Assembly (NCBI GenBank): GCA_963726615.1
Contig: CAVSCX010000021.1
Coordinates: 72,897 to 136,896 of the forward strand
DNA: 64,000 nucleotides
DNA from: an uncultured Actinomycetota bacterium
GTDB taxonomy: Bacteria > Actinomycetota > Actinomycetes > JACCUZ01
Reading direction: 5' to 3'
Part shown: in pieces, positions 43,776 through 53,421 of the stretch
Position numbering within the stretch: the stretch's first letter is position 1
How the letters are laid out: each line of letters begins with the position of its first letter
Made by a program: the position numbers and the translations under genes
Notes under the pieces: model-generated
What the model saw: the letters and a program-made list of their open reading frames with translations, nothing else
Databases searched by the model: none
What the model was told of the DNA's origin: nothing

Positions 43776-44945
43776 ATGAGGGTCCTGGTCGCGACGACGG
43801 CGAACACCGGTCACTTCGAGCCGCTCGTGCCGTTCGCCCGGGCCTGCGCCGACGCCGGTCACGAGGTCCGTGTCGCGGCGGCAGCAAGCTTCGCCGGGCA
43901 GGTGGAGCGGACCGGGTTCGCGCACCTGCCGTTCGCCGACGGCCCTGCGGAGGAAACAGGTGCCGTCTTCGCCGGTCTGCCGCCGCTCGACGGTGCCTCG
44001 CCGGCGGACATCGAGGCGGGCAACGTCACCGTCGTTCGCGAGGTGTTCGCCCGCCTCGACGCGGGAGCGGCGCTGCCGGGGCTGACGGCCGCCATGGCCG
44101 ACTGGCGACCCGACGTGGTGCTGCGTGAGACGGCCGAGCTCGGGTCCTACCTGGCCGCGGAGGCCGCCGGGGTCCCGCACGTGCAGCTCAACACGAGCAC
44201 GAGCTCGTTCATCGACCTGCCAACCGTCGTCGAGGAGCCGCTCGTCGCGCTCGGCGCACGAGCCGGGCTCGCGGGGCTGCGCGCCGCGCCGCGGCTGACG
44301 CTCGTTCCCGACTCGCTCGACGGGACGACGCCAGACGGGACGCCGGCCCCCTACCGGTTCCGCGAGCCGCCCAGCGACGGGCCGCCTGCGGATCTGCCGG
44401 ACTGGTGGCCCGGCCTCGGGCACCCGCTGGTCTACCTCACGTTCGGGACCGTCGCGGCGAGGGTCGGGCTCTTCCCGGAGCTCTACCAGCGGGTCGTGGC
44501 CGAGGTTGCCGACCTGCCGGTGCGGGTGCTGGTCACCACCGGCGCGGGCGAGCCTGACGCGCTGGGGCCGGTGCCGGACAACGTGCACGTCGAACAGTTC
44601 TGGCCCCAGCGCGATGTCATGCCGCACGCCTCGGCGATGGTCGCCCACGGCGGCCTCGGGACCACCCTGCTGGCGCTGTACCACGGCGTCCCCATGGCGC
44701 TGCTGCCGTTGTTCGCCGACCAGGCCCACAACGCCGGCCGGGTCGCGGACGTCGGGGCCGGGCTGGTGGCGCAGGGTGGTCCGGCGGGCGCGGCAGTCCT
44801 GGCCGGCCTGCTGAAGCAGGTGCTCTCCGACCCGGCGTTCCGGGTCAGGGCGAGGTCACTCGCCGCGGAGATCGCCGAACTTCCGCCGGTCGCACGGGCC
44901 GTCCCGCTGCTGGAGCGGGTCGCGTCCACCACAATGGGTGGGTGA
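43776..44945 (+). CDS. family-1 glycosyltransferase (MGT/OleD-type), copy b
   Basis: 389 aa. The N-terminus is [20 protein letters not shown]. The C-terminal motif is [29 protein letters not shown]. Its stop overlaps the recO start (GTGA). It is the 3' part of track ORF 42660-44945. Confidence 0.82.
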   Translation: MRVLVATTANTGHFEPLVPFARACADAGHEVRVAAAASFAGQVERTGFAHLPFADGPAEETGAVFAGLPPLDGASPADIEAGNVTVVREVFARLDAGAALPGLTAAMADWRPDVVLRETAELGSYLAAEAAGVPHVQLNTSTSSFIDLPTVVEEPLVALGARAGLAGLRAAPRLTLVPDSLDGTTPDGTPAPYRFREPPSDGPPADLPDWWPGLGHPLVYLTFGTVAARVGLFPELYQRVVAEVADLPVRVLVTTGAGEPDALGPVPDNVHVEQFWPQRDVMPHASAMVAHGGLGTTLLALYHGVPMALLPLFADQAHNAGRVADVGAGLVAQGGPAGAAVLAGLLKQVLSDPAFRVRARSLAAEIAELPPVARAVPLLERVASTTMGG

Positions 44946-45673
44946 GCCTCTACCGGGACGAGGGTGTCGTGCTGCGCACCCAGAAGCTGGGCGAGGCCGA
45001 CCGGATCATCACCCTGCTGACCCGCAGCCACGGCCGGGTCCGGGCCGTGGGCAAGGGGGTGCGCCGCACCCGTTCCAAGTTCGGGGCCCGGCTCGAGCCG
45101 TTCAGCCACGTCGACCTCCAGCTCTACGAGGGGCGCTCGCTGGACGTCGTGCAGCAGGCCGAGACGCTGGCGGCGTACGGCGACCGCATCGTCGACGACT
45201 ACCCCCGCTACACCGCGGGCACGGTGATGCTGGAGACGGCCGAGCGGCTCACGGCGGAGGAGAAGGAGCCGCAGACCCAGCAGTTCCTGCTGCTGGTCGG
45301 AGCGTTGCGCACCCTGTCGGACGGCGCGCACGCACCGGGTCTGGTCCTCGACGCCTTCCTGCTGCGCTCGCTGGCGGTGGCGGGCTACGCGCCGTCCTTC
45401 AGGGACTGCGCGCGCTGCACCCGTCCCGGCCCGCACCCGTTCTTCAACGTGGAGGCCGGCGGCTCGGTGTGCGGCTCGTGCCGATCGCCCGGTTCGGTCA
45501 GCCCGGCGCGGGACACTCTCGACCTGCTGGCCGCGCTCCTCACCGGTGACTGGGCGACGGCCGCCGCCAGCGACCCGCGGCACCGGCGCGAGGGGAACGG
45601 TCTGGTCTCGGCCTACCTCCAGTGGCACCTGGAACGCGGCCTGCGCTCCCTGCCGCTGGTGGAACGCACGTGA
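44942..45673 (+). CDS. recO: DNA repair protein RecO
   Basis: The sequence is [54 protein letters not shown] zinc-finger CxxC...CxxC (CARC...CGSC) is present. Confidence 0.93.
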   Translation: MSLYRDEGVVLRTQKLGEADRIITLLTRSHGRVRAVGKGVRRTRSKFGARLEPFSHVDLQLYEGRSLDVVQQAETLAAYGDRIVDDYPRYTAGTVMLETAERLTAEEKEPQTQQFLLLVGALRTLSDGAHAPGLVLDAFLLRSLAVAGYAPSFRDCARCTRPGPHPFFNVEAGGSVCGSCRSPGSVSPARDTLDLLAALLTGDWATAAASDPRHRREGNGLVSAYLQWHLERGLRSLPLVERT

Positions 45674-46494
45674 AGAGGACGGCGCGCCCCCCGCGAGCCC
45701 GACGTCACGACCCGGCTCCGCCGACTGCGCACCCGTCCGGCGCCCGGCCTCCCGCGCTCCCGCCGGAGCTGGTGCCCGGCCACGTCGCGATCGTCATGGA
45801 CGGCAACGGACGGTGGGCCAAGGCGCGTGACCTGCCCCGCACCAAGGGACACGAGGCTGGCGAGGCGGCCCTGCTCGACGTGGTCCACGGTGCCGTCGAG
45901 ATCGGTGTCAAGCACCTCTCGGCATACGCGTTCTCCACCGAGAACTGGAAGCGCTCACCGGACGAGGTGCGCTTCCTCATGGGCTTCAACCGCGAGGTGA
46001 TCCGTCGCCGCCGCGACGAGCTGGACGCCATCGGGGTCCGGGTGCGCTGGGCCGGCCGGCACAAGCGGCTCTGGCGCAGCGTGGTCGCCGAGCTGGAGGA
46101 GGCGGAGGAGCGCACCCGGCTCAACGACGTGCTGACGCTTCAGTTCTGCGTCAACTACGGCGGCCGGGCCGAGATCGCCGACGCCGCGCAGGCCCTCGCC
46201 CGCGAGGTGGCTGCCGGCCGGCTCGACCCGGCGAAGGTCGACGAGAAGGCCATCGCCCGGCACCTCGACGAGCCGGACGTCCCCGACGTCGACCTCTTCG
46301 TGCGGTCGTCGGGGGAGCAGCGGTTCTCGAACTTCCTGCTCTGGCAGTCGGCGTACGCCGAGATGGTGTTCCTCGACACGCTGTGGCCGGACTTCGACCG
46401 CCGGCACCTGTGGCGGGCGATCGAGGTCTACGCCGCCCGCGACCGCCGCTACGGCGGGGCGCTGCCGAACGCCGTGCCCGACCGGCCTTCCTGA
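45670..46494 (+). CDS. uppS: isoprenyl (undecaprenyl/decaprenyl) diphosphate synthase
   Basis: GTG 45670 overlaps the recO stop (GTGA). [13 protein letters not shown]...[18 protein letters not shown]...[14 protein letters not shown] are cis-prenyltransferase signatures. Confidence 0.93.
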   Translation: MKRTARPPRARRHDPAPPTAHPSGARPPALPPELVPGHVAIVMDGNGRWAKARDLPRTKGHEAGEAALLDVVHGAVEIGVKHLSAYAFSTENWKRSPDEVRFLMGFNREVIRRRRDELDAIGVRVRWAGRHKRLWRSVVAELEEAEERTRLNDVLTLQFCVNYGGRAEIADAAQALAREVAAGRLDPAKVDEKAIARHLDEPDVPDVDLFVRSSGEQRFSNFLLWQSAYAEMVFLDTLWPDFDRRHLWRAIEVYAARDRRYGGALPNAVPDRPS

Positions 46495-46521
46495 CCAGTC
46501 CGGTGGATCACCGGTCGCGGC

Positions 46522-47337
46522 TCAGCGGCAGCGGCGACGGGCCCAGGTGAGGTAGGCCTTCGGCCGGTTGGTGACCACGGCCTCGGCCTTGTCGTACGCC
46601 ATCCGGCGCCAGCCGCGAACGGTGTCGACGGTCCAGGGTCGTACGGCGATGCCGGCCCGCCGCCAGCGTGCCGCCCGGGTCTCCGTCACCGAGGCCGAGT
46701 TCACGACGTACGTCCGGCCGAACTGGAGCACCGAGTCGGCCCGGCGGTAGCGCGGGTTGTCGATGATCGCCGTACGCAGATCGGGGGCCGCCTGCCGGAC
46801 CGCGGTGATCGTCGGACCGTCGAAGCTCGTGACGGTGATGCGGTGCGTCATCGACAGCCAGCGGACCCGGTTGAGGAACTGCGCCATCTGCGCCGCGCTC
46901 GGGAGCGTCTTGAGCTCGACCATCGCGTAGCCACCCTTGCGCCGCACCAGCGACAGCGCCTGGTACAGCGTCGGGACCCGGGTGCCGCGGTAGGCCGCGC
47001 CGAACCACCCGCCGGCGTCGAGCGCGCGCAGCTGCACCAGGTCGAGCGACGACACCTCGCCGGCGCCGTCGGTGGTGCGGTCGACGGTCTCGTCGTGGAT
47101 CACCACGGGGACATCGCCGCGACTGAAGCGGACGTCCATCTCCACCCGCCGGACCCCCGCGCGCAGCGCCGTGCGGAACGCGGGCAGCGTGTTCTCCGGC
47201 GCGCGAGCCGAGTCGCCGCGGTGCGCCACGGGCGGTGGGACGCAGGACGTGCCGGCCGACGCGGCGGGAGCGGCGACCAGTGCGCTGGTCGCCAGAGCGG
47301 CGGCGATGAACAGCCCGAGGACGGGACGAGACGGCAC
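46522..47337 (-). CDS. secreted glycerophosphodiester phosphodiesterase
   Basis: It has a signal peptide and the GDPD motifs VAHRGDSARAPENT and EMDVRFSRGDVPVVIHD. Confidence 0.85.
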   Translation of the reverse strand: MPSRPVLGLFIAAALATSALVAAPAASAGTSCVPPPVAHRGDSARAPENTLPAFRTALRAGVRRVEMDVRFSRGDVPVVIHDETVDRTTDGAGEVSSLDLVQLRALDAGGWFGAAYRGTRVPTLYQALSLVRRKGGYAMVELKTLPSAAQMAQFLNRVRWLSMTHRITVTSFDGPTITAVRQAAPDLRTAIIDNPRYRRADSVLQFGRTYVVNSASVTETRAARWRRAGIAVRPWTVDTVRGWRRMAYDKAEAVVTNRPKAYLTWARRRCR

Positions 47338-47379
47338 GACGTGGAGCCCCCCATGCGATGGTGCAGGACCCGACCGACG

Positions 47380-47751
47380 CTACCCCGCGCAGCGCGTGCA
47401 GGTGCCGGACATCTCCACGGTGTGTGCGACGTCGACGAAGCCGTGCTCGCGGGCCACCCGTTCGGCCCAGACCTCGACGGCCCGCCCCTCCACCTCGACG
47501 GTTGTACCGCACCGCCGGCAGACGACGTGATGGTGGTGACCGGCCGAGCAGGCGCGGTAGGTCGCCTCGCCGTCGGGGCTGCGCACGACGTCGACCTCGT
47601 TCGCGTCGGCCATGGCCTGCAGCGCACGGTAGACGGTGGTGAGGCCGATCCGGTGCCCGGCCTCGCGCAGGCTGGCGTGGATCTCCTGCGCGCTGCGGAA
47701 CGCGGGGTCCCGGGTCAGCTCGTCCCGTACGGCGTTGCGCTGACGGGTCAT
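47380..47751 (-). CDS. zur: Fur-family metalloregulator, probable zinc uptake regulator
   Basis: It has a Fur-family winged helix plus [15 protein letters not shown]...C.RC metal sites. Its ATG 47751 overlaps the stop of the upstream ZIP transporter gene (ATGA). A Zur-box lies in the operon promoter. The position next to uppS/recO and glyQS is as for zur in Streptomyces coelicolor (from memory). Confidence 0.8.
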   Translation of the reverse strand: MTRQRNAVRDELTRDPAFRSAQEIHASLREAGHRIGLTTVYRALQAMADANEVDVVRSPDGEATYRACSAGHHHHVVCRRCGTTVEVEGRAVEVWAERVAREHGFVDVAHTVEMSGTCTRCAG

Positions 47752-48479
47752 GTCGCGGCCACCACGAGCCACATGAGCCCGACGCCGCCCAGCGTGCTGA
47801 CCAGCGTGAGCCGGGACGGGTGCCGGGCGTGGGCCTCGGGGAGGATGTCGGCGGTCGCGAGGTACAGCAGGAAGCCGGCGAAGCCGCCCAGGTACAACGC
47901 GAGCACGTCGTCGCCCAGGCTGAAGAACAGCGTGGAGACCGCGCCGAGGACAGGCGCGACGGCGTCGATCCCCAGCATGGTGAGCGTGCGCCGCGGTCCG
48001 TTGCCGTGGGTCCGCATGATCGTCACGGTGTTCAGGCCGTCGGCGAAGTCGTGGGCGATGACGGCCAGGGCCACGGCGTACCCGACCCGGTCGTCGACCT
48101 GGAAGGCCAGACCGATGCCGACACCGTCGAGGAACGAGTGCACGGCCAGCGCGAGCGCCGATGCCAGTCCGACGGTCGGGTCGTGGTTGTGGTGGTGGGT
48201 CTCGTACTCACCTTCGTGCGCTCCGTGCATCGCCACCGCGCGCTCGACGAAGTGCAGCAGCAGGAAGCCGGCGGCGAACGCCACCATCACGGCGGGCACG
48301 CCGCCGAACGTGGCGTCCGAGAGCGCGAACAGCTCGGGGAGCAGGTCGAACGCGACCAGCCCCAGCATGACCCCGGCGGCGAACCCGAGCACGAGGTGCA
48401 GGCGGTCGCGGCTGCGCAGGGCGACGATGCCGCCCAGGGCCGTCGAGACGACGGCGGTCAGGGCGAAGAGGACGGGCAT
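47748..48479 (-). CDS. zupT: ZIP family divalent metal (zinc) transporter
   Basis: 243 aa with 7-8 TM helices and a His-rich loop ([17 protein letters not shown]). The [10 protein letters not shown] and IAHDFADG motifs are typical of ZupT/GufA. Confidence 0.85.
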   Translation of the reverse strand: MPVLFALTAVVSTALGGIVALRSRDRLHLVLGFAAGVMLGLVAFDLLPELFALSDATFGGVPAVMVAFAAGFLLLHFVERAVAMHGAHEGEYETHHHNHDPTVGLASALALAVHSFLDGVGIGLAFQVDDRVGYAVALAVIAHDFADGLNTVTIMRTHGNGPRRTLTMLGIDAVAPVLGAVSTLFFSLGDDVLALYLGGFAGFLLYLATADILPEAHARHPSRLTLVSTLGGVGLMWLVVAAT

Positions 48480-48497
48480 GCCGGTGACGCTACCAGG

Positions 48498-48520
48498 ATA
48501 ATGACAATGGTTTTCATTCT
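48498..48520. promoter_or_regulatory. Zur box
   Basis: ATAATGACAATGGTTTTCATTCT matches the actinobacterial Zur consensus TnnTGAAAATnATTTTCAnnA at about 18 of 21 positions. It lies in an AT-rich patch 19 nt upstream of zupT and 21 nt upstream of the divergent ABM gene. Confidence 0.8.
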
Positions 48521-48540
48521 GACCGGACTAGTCTCCTGCC

Positions 48541-48843
48541 GTGCTTGTGCTGACCCGGGCGCGCGTCCCCGCGGACGCCGCCGATGCGTTCCGGACTGCC
48601 GCGGACGACCTGCTCGGGCTCCTGTCCGGGTTGCCCGGCTTCGTGCGGGGGCACCTCGGCCGGGCGGCCGACGACCCGCAGCTGTGGGTCGTCGCCAGCG
48701 AGTGGCAGGGGGTCGGCGCCTACCGCCGGGCCCTGTCGTCGTACGACGTGAAGATGGCCGCTCCGGCGGTGATGGCTTACGCCGTTCCGGAGCCGAGCGC
48801 CTTCGAGGTGCTCGCCGCGACCCCGGCGCCGACCGACCGCTAG
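48541..48843 (+). CDS. antibiotic-biosynthesis-monooxygenase (ABM/Dabb) domain protein
   Basis: 100 aa with a GTG start. ...[35 protein letters not shown]... fits the ferredoxin-like ABM fold pattern. Confidence 0.65.
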   Translation: MLVLTRARVPADAADAFRTAADDLLGLLSGLPGFVRGHLGRAADDPQLWVVASEWQGVGAYRRALSSYDVKMAAPAVMAYAVPEPSAFEVLAATPAPTDR

Positions 48844-48875
48844 TGTCGAGGGCTCGACCGCCGACAACCAGCCGG

Positions 48876-50282
48876 ATGGAGGCCACCGTGGCCAAGAGCA
48901 GCGAGACCGCCCGCAACGACGCGATCGTCAGCCTCAGCAAGCGCCGGGGGTTCGTCTACCCCAGCAGCGAGATCTACGGCGGCACCCGCTCGGCCTGGGA
49001 CTACGGCCCCCTCGGGGTGGAGCTCAAGGAGAACGTCCGTCGCCAGTGGTGGAAGGCGATGGTGCAGAGCCGGGACGACGTCGTCGGGCTCGACTCCGCG
49101 GTGATCCTCGCGAGCGAGGTGTGGGTGGCCTCCGGGCACGTCGACACGTTCACCGACCCGCTGTCGGAGTGCCAGTCCTGTCACAAGCGGTTCCGCGCCG
49201 ACCACCTCGAGGAGGCCTACGAGGCCAAGAAGGGGTCGCCGCCGCCGAACGGTCTTGCTGACGTCAACTGCCCCAACTGCGGGACCAAGGGCGCCTTCAC
49301 CGAGCCGCGGCAGTTCTCCGGGCTGCTGAAGACCCATCTCGGACCGGTCGAGAGCGAGGAGGGTCTGCACTACCTGCGGCCCGAGACCGCCCAGGGCATC
49401 TTTGTGAACTTCCTGAACGTGATGACCTCGGCACGCAAGAAGCCGCCGTTCGGCATCGCCCAGACCGGCAAGTCGTTCCGCAACGAGATCACGCCGGGCA
49501 ACTTCATCTTCCGCACCCGCGAGTTCGAGCAGATGGAGATGGAGTTCTTCGTCGAGCCCGGCAGCGACGAGGAGTGGCACGAGTACTGGCTGAAGGCGCG
49601 GTGGGACTGGTACACCGGGCTGGGGCTGCGCGCCGAGAACCTGCGGCGGTTCGAGCACCCGCAGGAGAAGCTCTCGCACTACTCGAAGCGCACTGTCGAC
49701 ATCGAGTACCGCTTCGGCTTCGGCGGCAAGGAGTTCGACGAGCTCGAGGGCATTGCCAACCGCACCGACTTCGACCTCATGGCGCACTCCAAGCACTCCG
49801 GGGCCGACCTCACCTACTTCGACCAGGAGAAAGGTGAGCGCTGGACGCCATACGTCATCGAGCCGGCGGCCGGCCTGACCCGGGCGACCCTCGCGTTCCT
49901 GCTCGACGCCTACACCGAGGACGAGGCTCCGAACGCCAAGGGCGCCATGGAGAAGCGCACCGTGATGCGGCTCGACCCGCGGCTGGCGCCGGTCAAGGCC
50001 GCAGTGCTGCCGCTGTCGCGCAACGCCGACCTCTCGCCGAAGGCCAAGGACCTGGCTGCCCTGCTGCGCCAGAGCTGGAACGTGGAGTTCGACGACGCCG
50101 GCGCCATCGGCCGCCGGTACCGGCGCCAGGACGAGATCGGCACACCGTTCTGCATCACCGTCGACTTCGACACCCTCGACGACAACGCCGTGACCATCCG
50201 CGAGCGCGACACGATGACCCAGGAGCGGGTCGGGCTCGACGCGGTCCAGGGATGGTTGGCGCAGCGCCTGCTCGGCTGCTGA
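48876..50282 (+). CDS. glyQS: glycine--tRNA ligase (dimeric class II GlyQS)
   Basis: The sequence is [36 protein letters not shown]...[28 protein letters not shown] 48876 lies within track ORF 47820-50282. An alternative GTG start is at 48888. Confidence 0.95.
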   Translation: MEATVAKSSETARNDAIVSLSKRRGFVYPSSEIYGGTRSAWDYGPLGVELKENVRRQWWKAMVQSRDDVVGLDSAVILASEVWVASGHVDTFTDPLSECQSCHKRFRADHLEEAYEAKKGSPPPNGLADVNCPNCGTKGAFTEPRQFSGLLKTHLGPVESEEGLHYLRPETAQGIFVNFLNVMTSARKKPPFGIAQTGKSFRNEITPGNFIFRTREFEQMEMEFFVEPGSDEEWHEYWLKARWDWYTGLGLRAENLRRFEHPQEKLSHYSKRTVDIEYRFGFGGKEFDELEGIANRTDFDLMAHSKHSGADLTYFDQEKGERWTPYVIEPAAGLTRATLAFLLDAYTEDEAPNAKGAMEKRTVMRLDPRLAPVKAAVLPLSRNADLSPKAKDLAALLRQSWNVEFDDAGAIGRRYRRQDEIGTPFCITVDFDTLDDNAVTIRERDTMTQERVGLDAVQGWLAQRLLGC

Positions 50283-50494
50283 GGGACCAGCCGGGAACCC
50301 TCGACCAGTCGCACACACCCTCAGGCAGTGGTTGCCTCATGGGGCGCAACAGGTCCTCGGCAGCGAGTCGTGCCTGCGAGCGTCACGGGAGCACTGGTGT
50401 GCTTCTCCCGAGATGATCGTGTCGGATTCGCCTGCCGCCGTTCGTGGGATAGGTAGCGCGGACCACTCGGTCCGCCGGAGGAGGAGGAACGGTC

Positions 50495-50851
50495 ATGCCC
50501 GAGTACCTCATCTACTTCAACCAGCAGTGGGTGGGCGACCACTCCGAGGAGTGGTTCCGCGGCCGGGGGCCTCTCGCCATGGCGGTTGTGGCCGAGATGA
50601 AGGCTGCCGGCGTGTACGTCTTCGCCGGAGGACTGGAGGAGGAGGACGGCCCGGTCTACAGTGCCGATCCCACCAGCGGCACCTTGGTGATCACCGACGG
50701 ACCCTACGTCGAGACCAAGGAGTTTCTCGGCGGGTTCGCCCTGGTGGACGTGGCCGACGACGAGGCCGCCACGATGTGGGCGGGCAAGGTCGCGGAGGCA
50801 TGCGGCTGGCCCCATGAGGTTCGCCGCTTCAAGCCGCAGCCTCGCCAGTAG
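50495..50851 (+). CDS. YciI-family (DGPF/YCII-related) protein
   Basis: 118 aa with a strong RBS (GGAGGAGGAGG). ...VITDGPYVETKEFLGGFALVDVADDEAA... is the YCII-related domain signature. Confidence 0.8.
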   Translation: MPEYLIYFNQQWVGDHSEEWFRGRGPLAMAVVAEMKAAGVYVFAGGLEEEDGPVYSADPTSGTLVITDGPYVETKEFLGGFALVDVADDEAATMWAGKVAEACGWPHEVRRFKPQPRQ

Positions 50852-50897
50852 GCCGGAAGGCCTCCCTCGATCCACGTCGGTATCAGCGATCCGCTGT

Positions 50898-51512
50898 TCA
50901 GTCTGGGAACTGGATCGACTTCAGGATGTCGAGGAACGTCGCATGATCGGCCGGGTCCGTCGCTGCGTTCACCGTTGGGTCGCGAAACCCGAACTGATAG
51001 CCGACGCCGTGGTGAACGGCGGCGGCGAGGTTGATGAGGATGCCGCAGTCATACTCCAACAGGATTCCGGGACCATCCCCGACGGTGATCTGCTCCCTTG
51101 TCTCCGGCTTGGCTGGGCACGTGTCGCCGTGGTCGCGGGCGTTCGCGGCAATCACGGCGGCTGTGTAGGCCGCGAGGTTCTGTCTCGACCGGGCCGCGAC
51201 TGCCCATGAGCTGGCGTTGTAGCTACCAGGAAACTGGTCGACCTCGTCCGAGTCGGAAGAGAGCGATGCCTTCCCGTCCCACGTCTTCTGCGCTTGTATC
51301 GGGCTCCACGACGCCGGCAGCCTCAACGTGTATCCGTACGTCGCAGAGGTGAAGGTTGCGGGTGCGGGCGAGGCAGCCTGTGACGCGGAATGAGTCGTCG
51401 TGCCGCCCGAGCTGGTGGAGGGCGCCGAGGAGACCGACGAGTCGCTGCCTGTGCAAGAGGCGACGAGAAGGGTCGCGGCGAGGAGCGATCCGCAGCCGTA
51501 GATGTTGGCCAC
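50898..51512 (-). CDS. lipoprotein of unknown function
   Basis: It has a GTG start and a lipobox LLVASC, followed by a Ser/Thr-rich linker. Many A/T-ending codons (ACA, TCT, GGA, ATA, CAA, TTT, CCT, GGT, AGA, ATT, TAT) contrast with neighbouring genes. Confidence 0.6.
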   Translation of the reverse strand: MANIYGCGSLLAATLLVASCTGSDSSVSSAPSTSSGGTTTHSASQAASPAPATFTSATYGYTLRLPASWSPIQAQKTWDGKASLSSDSDEVDQFPGSYNASSWAVAARSRQNLAAYTAAVIAANARDHGDTCPAKPETREQITVGDGPGILLEYDCGILINLAAAVHHGVGYQFGFRDPTVNAATDPADHATFLDILKSIQFPD

Positions 51513-51740
51513 TCTGGCTCCCGGAGGATCCGCGCCCAGCCTGAGGTCGTCAGCGTACTGCGATGCTCACCCGCGTTGGAAGGGCCAGTGCAGTCGCCAT
51601 CGTGAGGCGGGCAGCTGACGGAAGGCACCGGATACCGGATGTGGGCTCTCGGCGCCCCAGGCTCATGTAATCCGGGTTCTCGGGAGCCGCCCGATCAGCA
51701 ACTCTGCGGCCACAGGCTGAACTGTGCGCGCCACCGGCGC

Positions 51741-52127
51741 CTATCGATTGCCCGGGTCGTCCGGATGCCAGCGGACGGTGTCGCTGCTGTCGTAGATCGC
51801 CGACGCGGTCGATACCGACGTCGCGCACTCCACGATCAGCGACGCCCGATCGAGGCGAGGCCTGAGAGTCAGCGTGGCTGCCGTGACGGTGCCTTCGGGG
51901 ACGCCATCGCGTCTCAGCCGCTCATCCATCCAGCGTGCCGTTGCCTCCGCGAGCTCGAGCCGGGGGGACAGCTCCCGGCCGTCAACGGTGGACGTGCCGC
52001 TGAGCAGGTCGATGACGACTTCGGCTCCAGCCAAGGTCCTCATCTGCGCAAGGTCGCCGTACATCCTCCAGCCGCGGGCGATCTGGGTCGGAGTGTTGGC
52101 CAGGTCCTTCAGCAGCCCACGTCGCAC
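51741..52127 (-). CDS. hypothetical protein
   Basis: This 128-aa ORF has reasonable codon bias but no family I recognise. The start is uncertain because internal Met codons are present. Confidence 0.4.
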   Translation of the reverse strand: MRRGLLKDLANTPTQIARGWRMYGDLAQMRTLAGAEVVIDLLSGTSTVDGRELSPRLELAEATARWMDERLRRDGVPEGTVTAATLTLRPRLDRASLIVECATSVSTASAIYDSSDTVRWHPDDPGNR

Positions 52128-52191
52128 GGGGACGATTATGTGGCCGGCGAGCAGAGGACACCCCTGCGGTTGCTGCCACTAGGGTCCGACG

Positions 52192-53421
52192 GTGCCCGCC
52201 ACCGACCCCCCGGGACGACAGGTGACCCTGGTCCTCTGCACGCCTCACGGTGAGCAGCTTGGCGTTCTCCCGCCGTACGACGTGGCTCTGCCGTGGTGGC
52301 AGGAGGTGGCCGGTGTCGTCGCCGGCGCGCGTGAGGCGTACGGAGCCGATGTCACCGTGCTGCGCCTGCTGGCAGCGCGTGCCCCGTTCGGCACCGGTGG
52401 TCCGGTGACCTACCTGGCCGAGACGACCGAGCCGGGCGCGGTCGCGGACGCGGTCCGGCCGTGGGACGGTCCGGACCCACTGGCCGACGACCCGCTACGG
52501 CTGCCGTACGCACGTCCAGGCGGCCCGGCTGCGGACCTGAGCTGGGCCGACGGGGTCCTGGCGGCTCGCGGGGCCGACCGCACCGGCCCGGCGGCCCAGC
52601 AACGGACGTGGAACCTCTCCAGCGTCTGGCGGCTGCCCACCACGGTTGGCGACGCGTGGCTCAAGGTGGTTCCGCCGTTCTTCGCCCACGAGGGCGCGAT
52701 GCTCGAGCGCATCGCGATGGCGCACCCGGACCTCGTGCCCCCGCTGCTCGGAACGGCCGATGGTCGGGTGCTGATGCGGCACGTCGACGGCGGGGACAAC
52801 TACGACGCGGGGCTTCCGGTGCTGCTCGCGATGGTGCGAGCCCTCGTCGAGGTGCAGGCCGAGTGGGTCGACCGGGTCGGCGAGCTGCTCGGGCTCGGCG
52901 CCCCGGACTGGCGGGCTGGTGCGCTCGAGCCCGCCGTGCACGATGTGGTGGACCGGACGGCAGACCAGCTGGACGACGAGACCCTCGCTGCTCTCCACCC
53001 GCTCGTCGATGGCTTGGCCGCCCGGCTTGCCGCCGTGGCCGAGTGCGGCGTGCCGGACACCCTCGTGCACGGCGACTACCACCCGGGCAACACGGTGGGC
53101 TCGGGCGAGCGACCGGTGATCCTGGACTGGGGCGACGCCGGCGCCGGCAACGCGATGCTCGACCGGGCGGCCCTCACCGCCCGGCTCGACCGGGCGGACC
53201 GTTCGACGGTGCTCGACGAGTGGGGTGCTGCCTGGCGCGAGAGGGTGCCCGGCTCGGACCCGACCCGGGCCGCCGACCTGCTGGCTCCCGTGGCGCCGCT
53301 GCGCCAGGCCGTCGTCTACCGCGCCTTCCTCGACGGCATCGAGAAGTCCGAGCGGGTCTACCACGCGTCGGACCCGGCCGACCGCCTGCGCCGGGCCGCC
53401 CAGGTCGTCGTCAGCGGCTGA
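52192..53421 (+). CDS. phosphotransferase (APH/choline-kinase) family protein
   Basis: 409 aa. It has the catalytic loop LVHGDYHPGNTV and ILDWGDAGAGN (HxDxxxxN ... DWxD). Confidence 0.75.
   Translation: MPATDPPGRQVTLVLCTPHGEQLGVLPPYDVALPWWQEVAGVVAGAREAYGADVTVLRLLAARAPFGTGGPVTYLAETTEPGAVADAVRPWDGPDPLADDPLRLPYARPGGPAADLSWADGVLAARGADRTGPAAQQRTWNLSSVWRLPTTVGDAWLKVVPPFFAHEGAMLERIAMAHPDLVPPLLGTADGRVLMRHVDGGDNYDAGLPVLLAMVRALVEVQAEWVDRVGELLGLGAPDWRAGALEPAVHDVVDRTADQLDDETLAALHPLVDGLAARLAAVAECGVPDTLVHGDYHPGNTVGSGERPVILDWGDAGAGNAMLDRAALTARLDRADRSTVLDEWGAAWRERVPGSDPTRAADLLAPVAPLRQAVVYRAFLDGIEKSERVYHASDPADRLRRAAQVVVSG

Noticed and set aside
48844-48875. T-box or other riboswitch leaders for glyQS or leuS
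   Set aside because: The glyQS upstream spacer is only 32 nt. The leuS spacer lacks T-box conserved sequence or a specifier-loop architecture. I recognised no riboswitch-like conserved cores by eye anywhere in the window. A covariance-model scan would be needed to be sure.
50283-50494. Structured RNA in the 212-nt spacer before the YciI-like gene (hairpins CGGGAGCAC...GTGCTTCTCCCG and GCGGACC-ACTC-GGTCCGC just before the RBS)
   Set aside because: The hairpins are short and imperfect and match no RNA family I recognise. They could simply be the glyQS terminator region. I noted them but do not call an ncRNA.
51513-51740. Short ORFs (51390-51605 +, 51550-51828 -) in the islet spacer
   Set aside because: They overlap better-supported genes, show poor codon bias and have no recognisable motifs.
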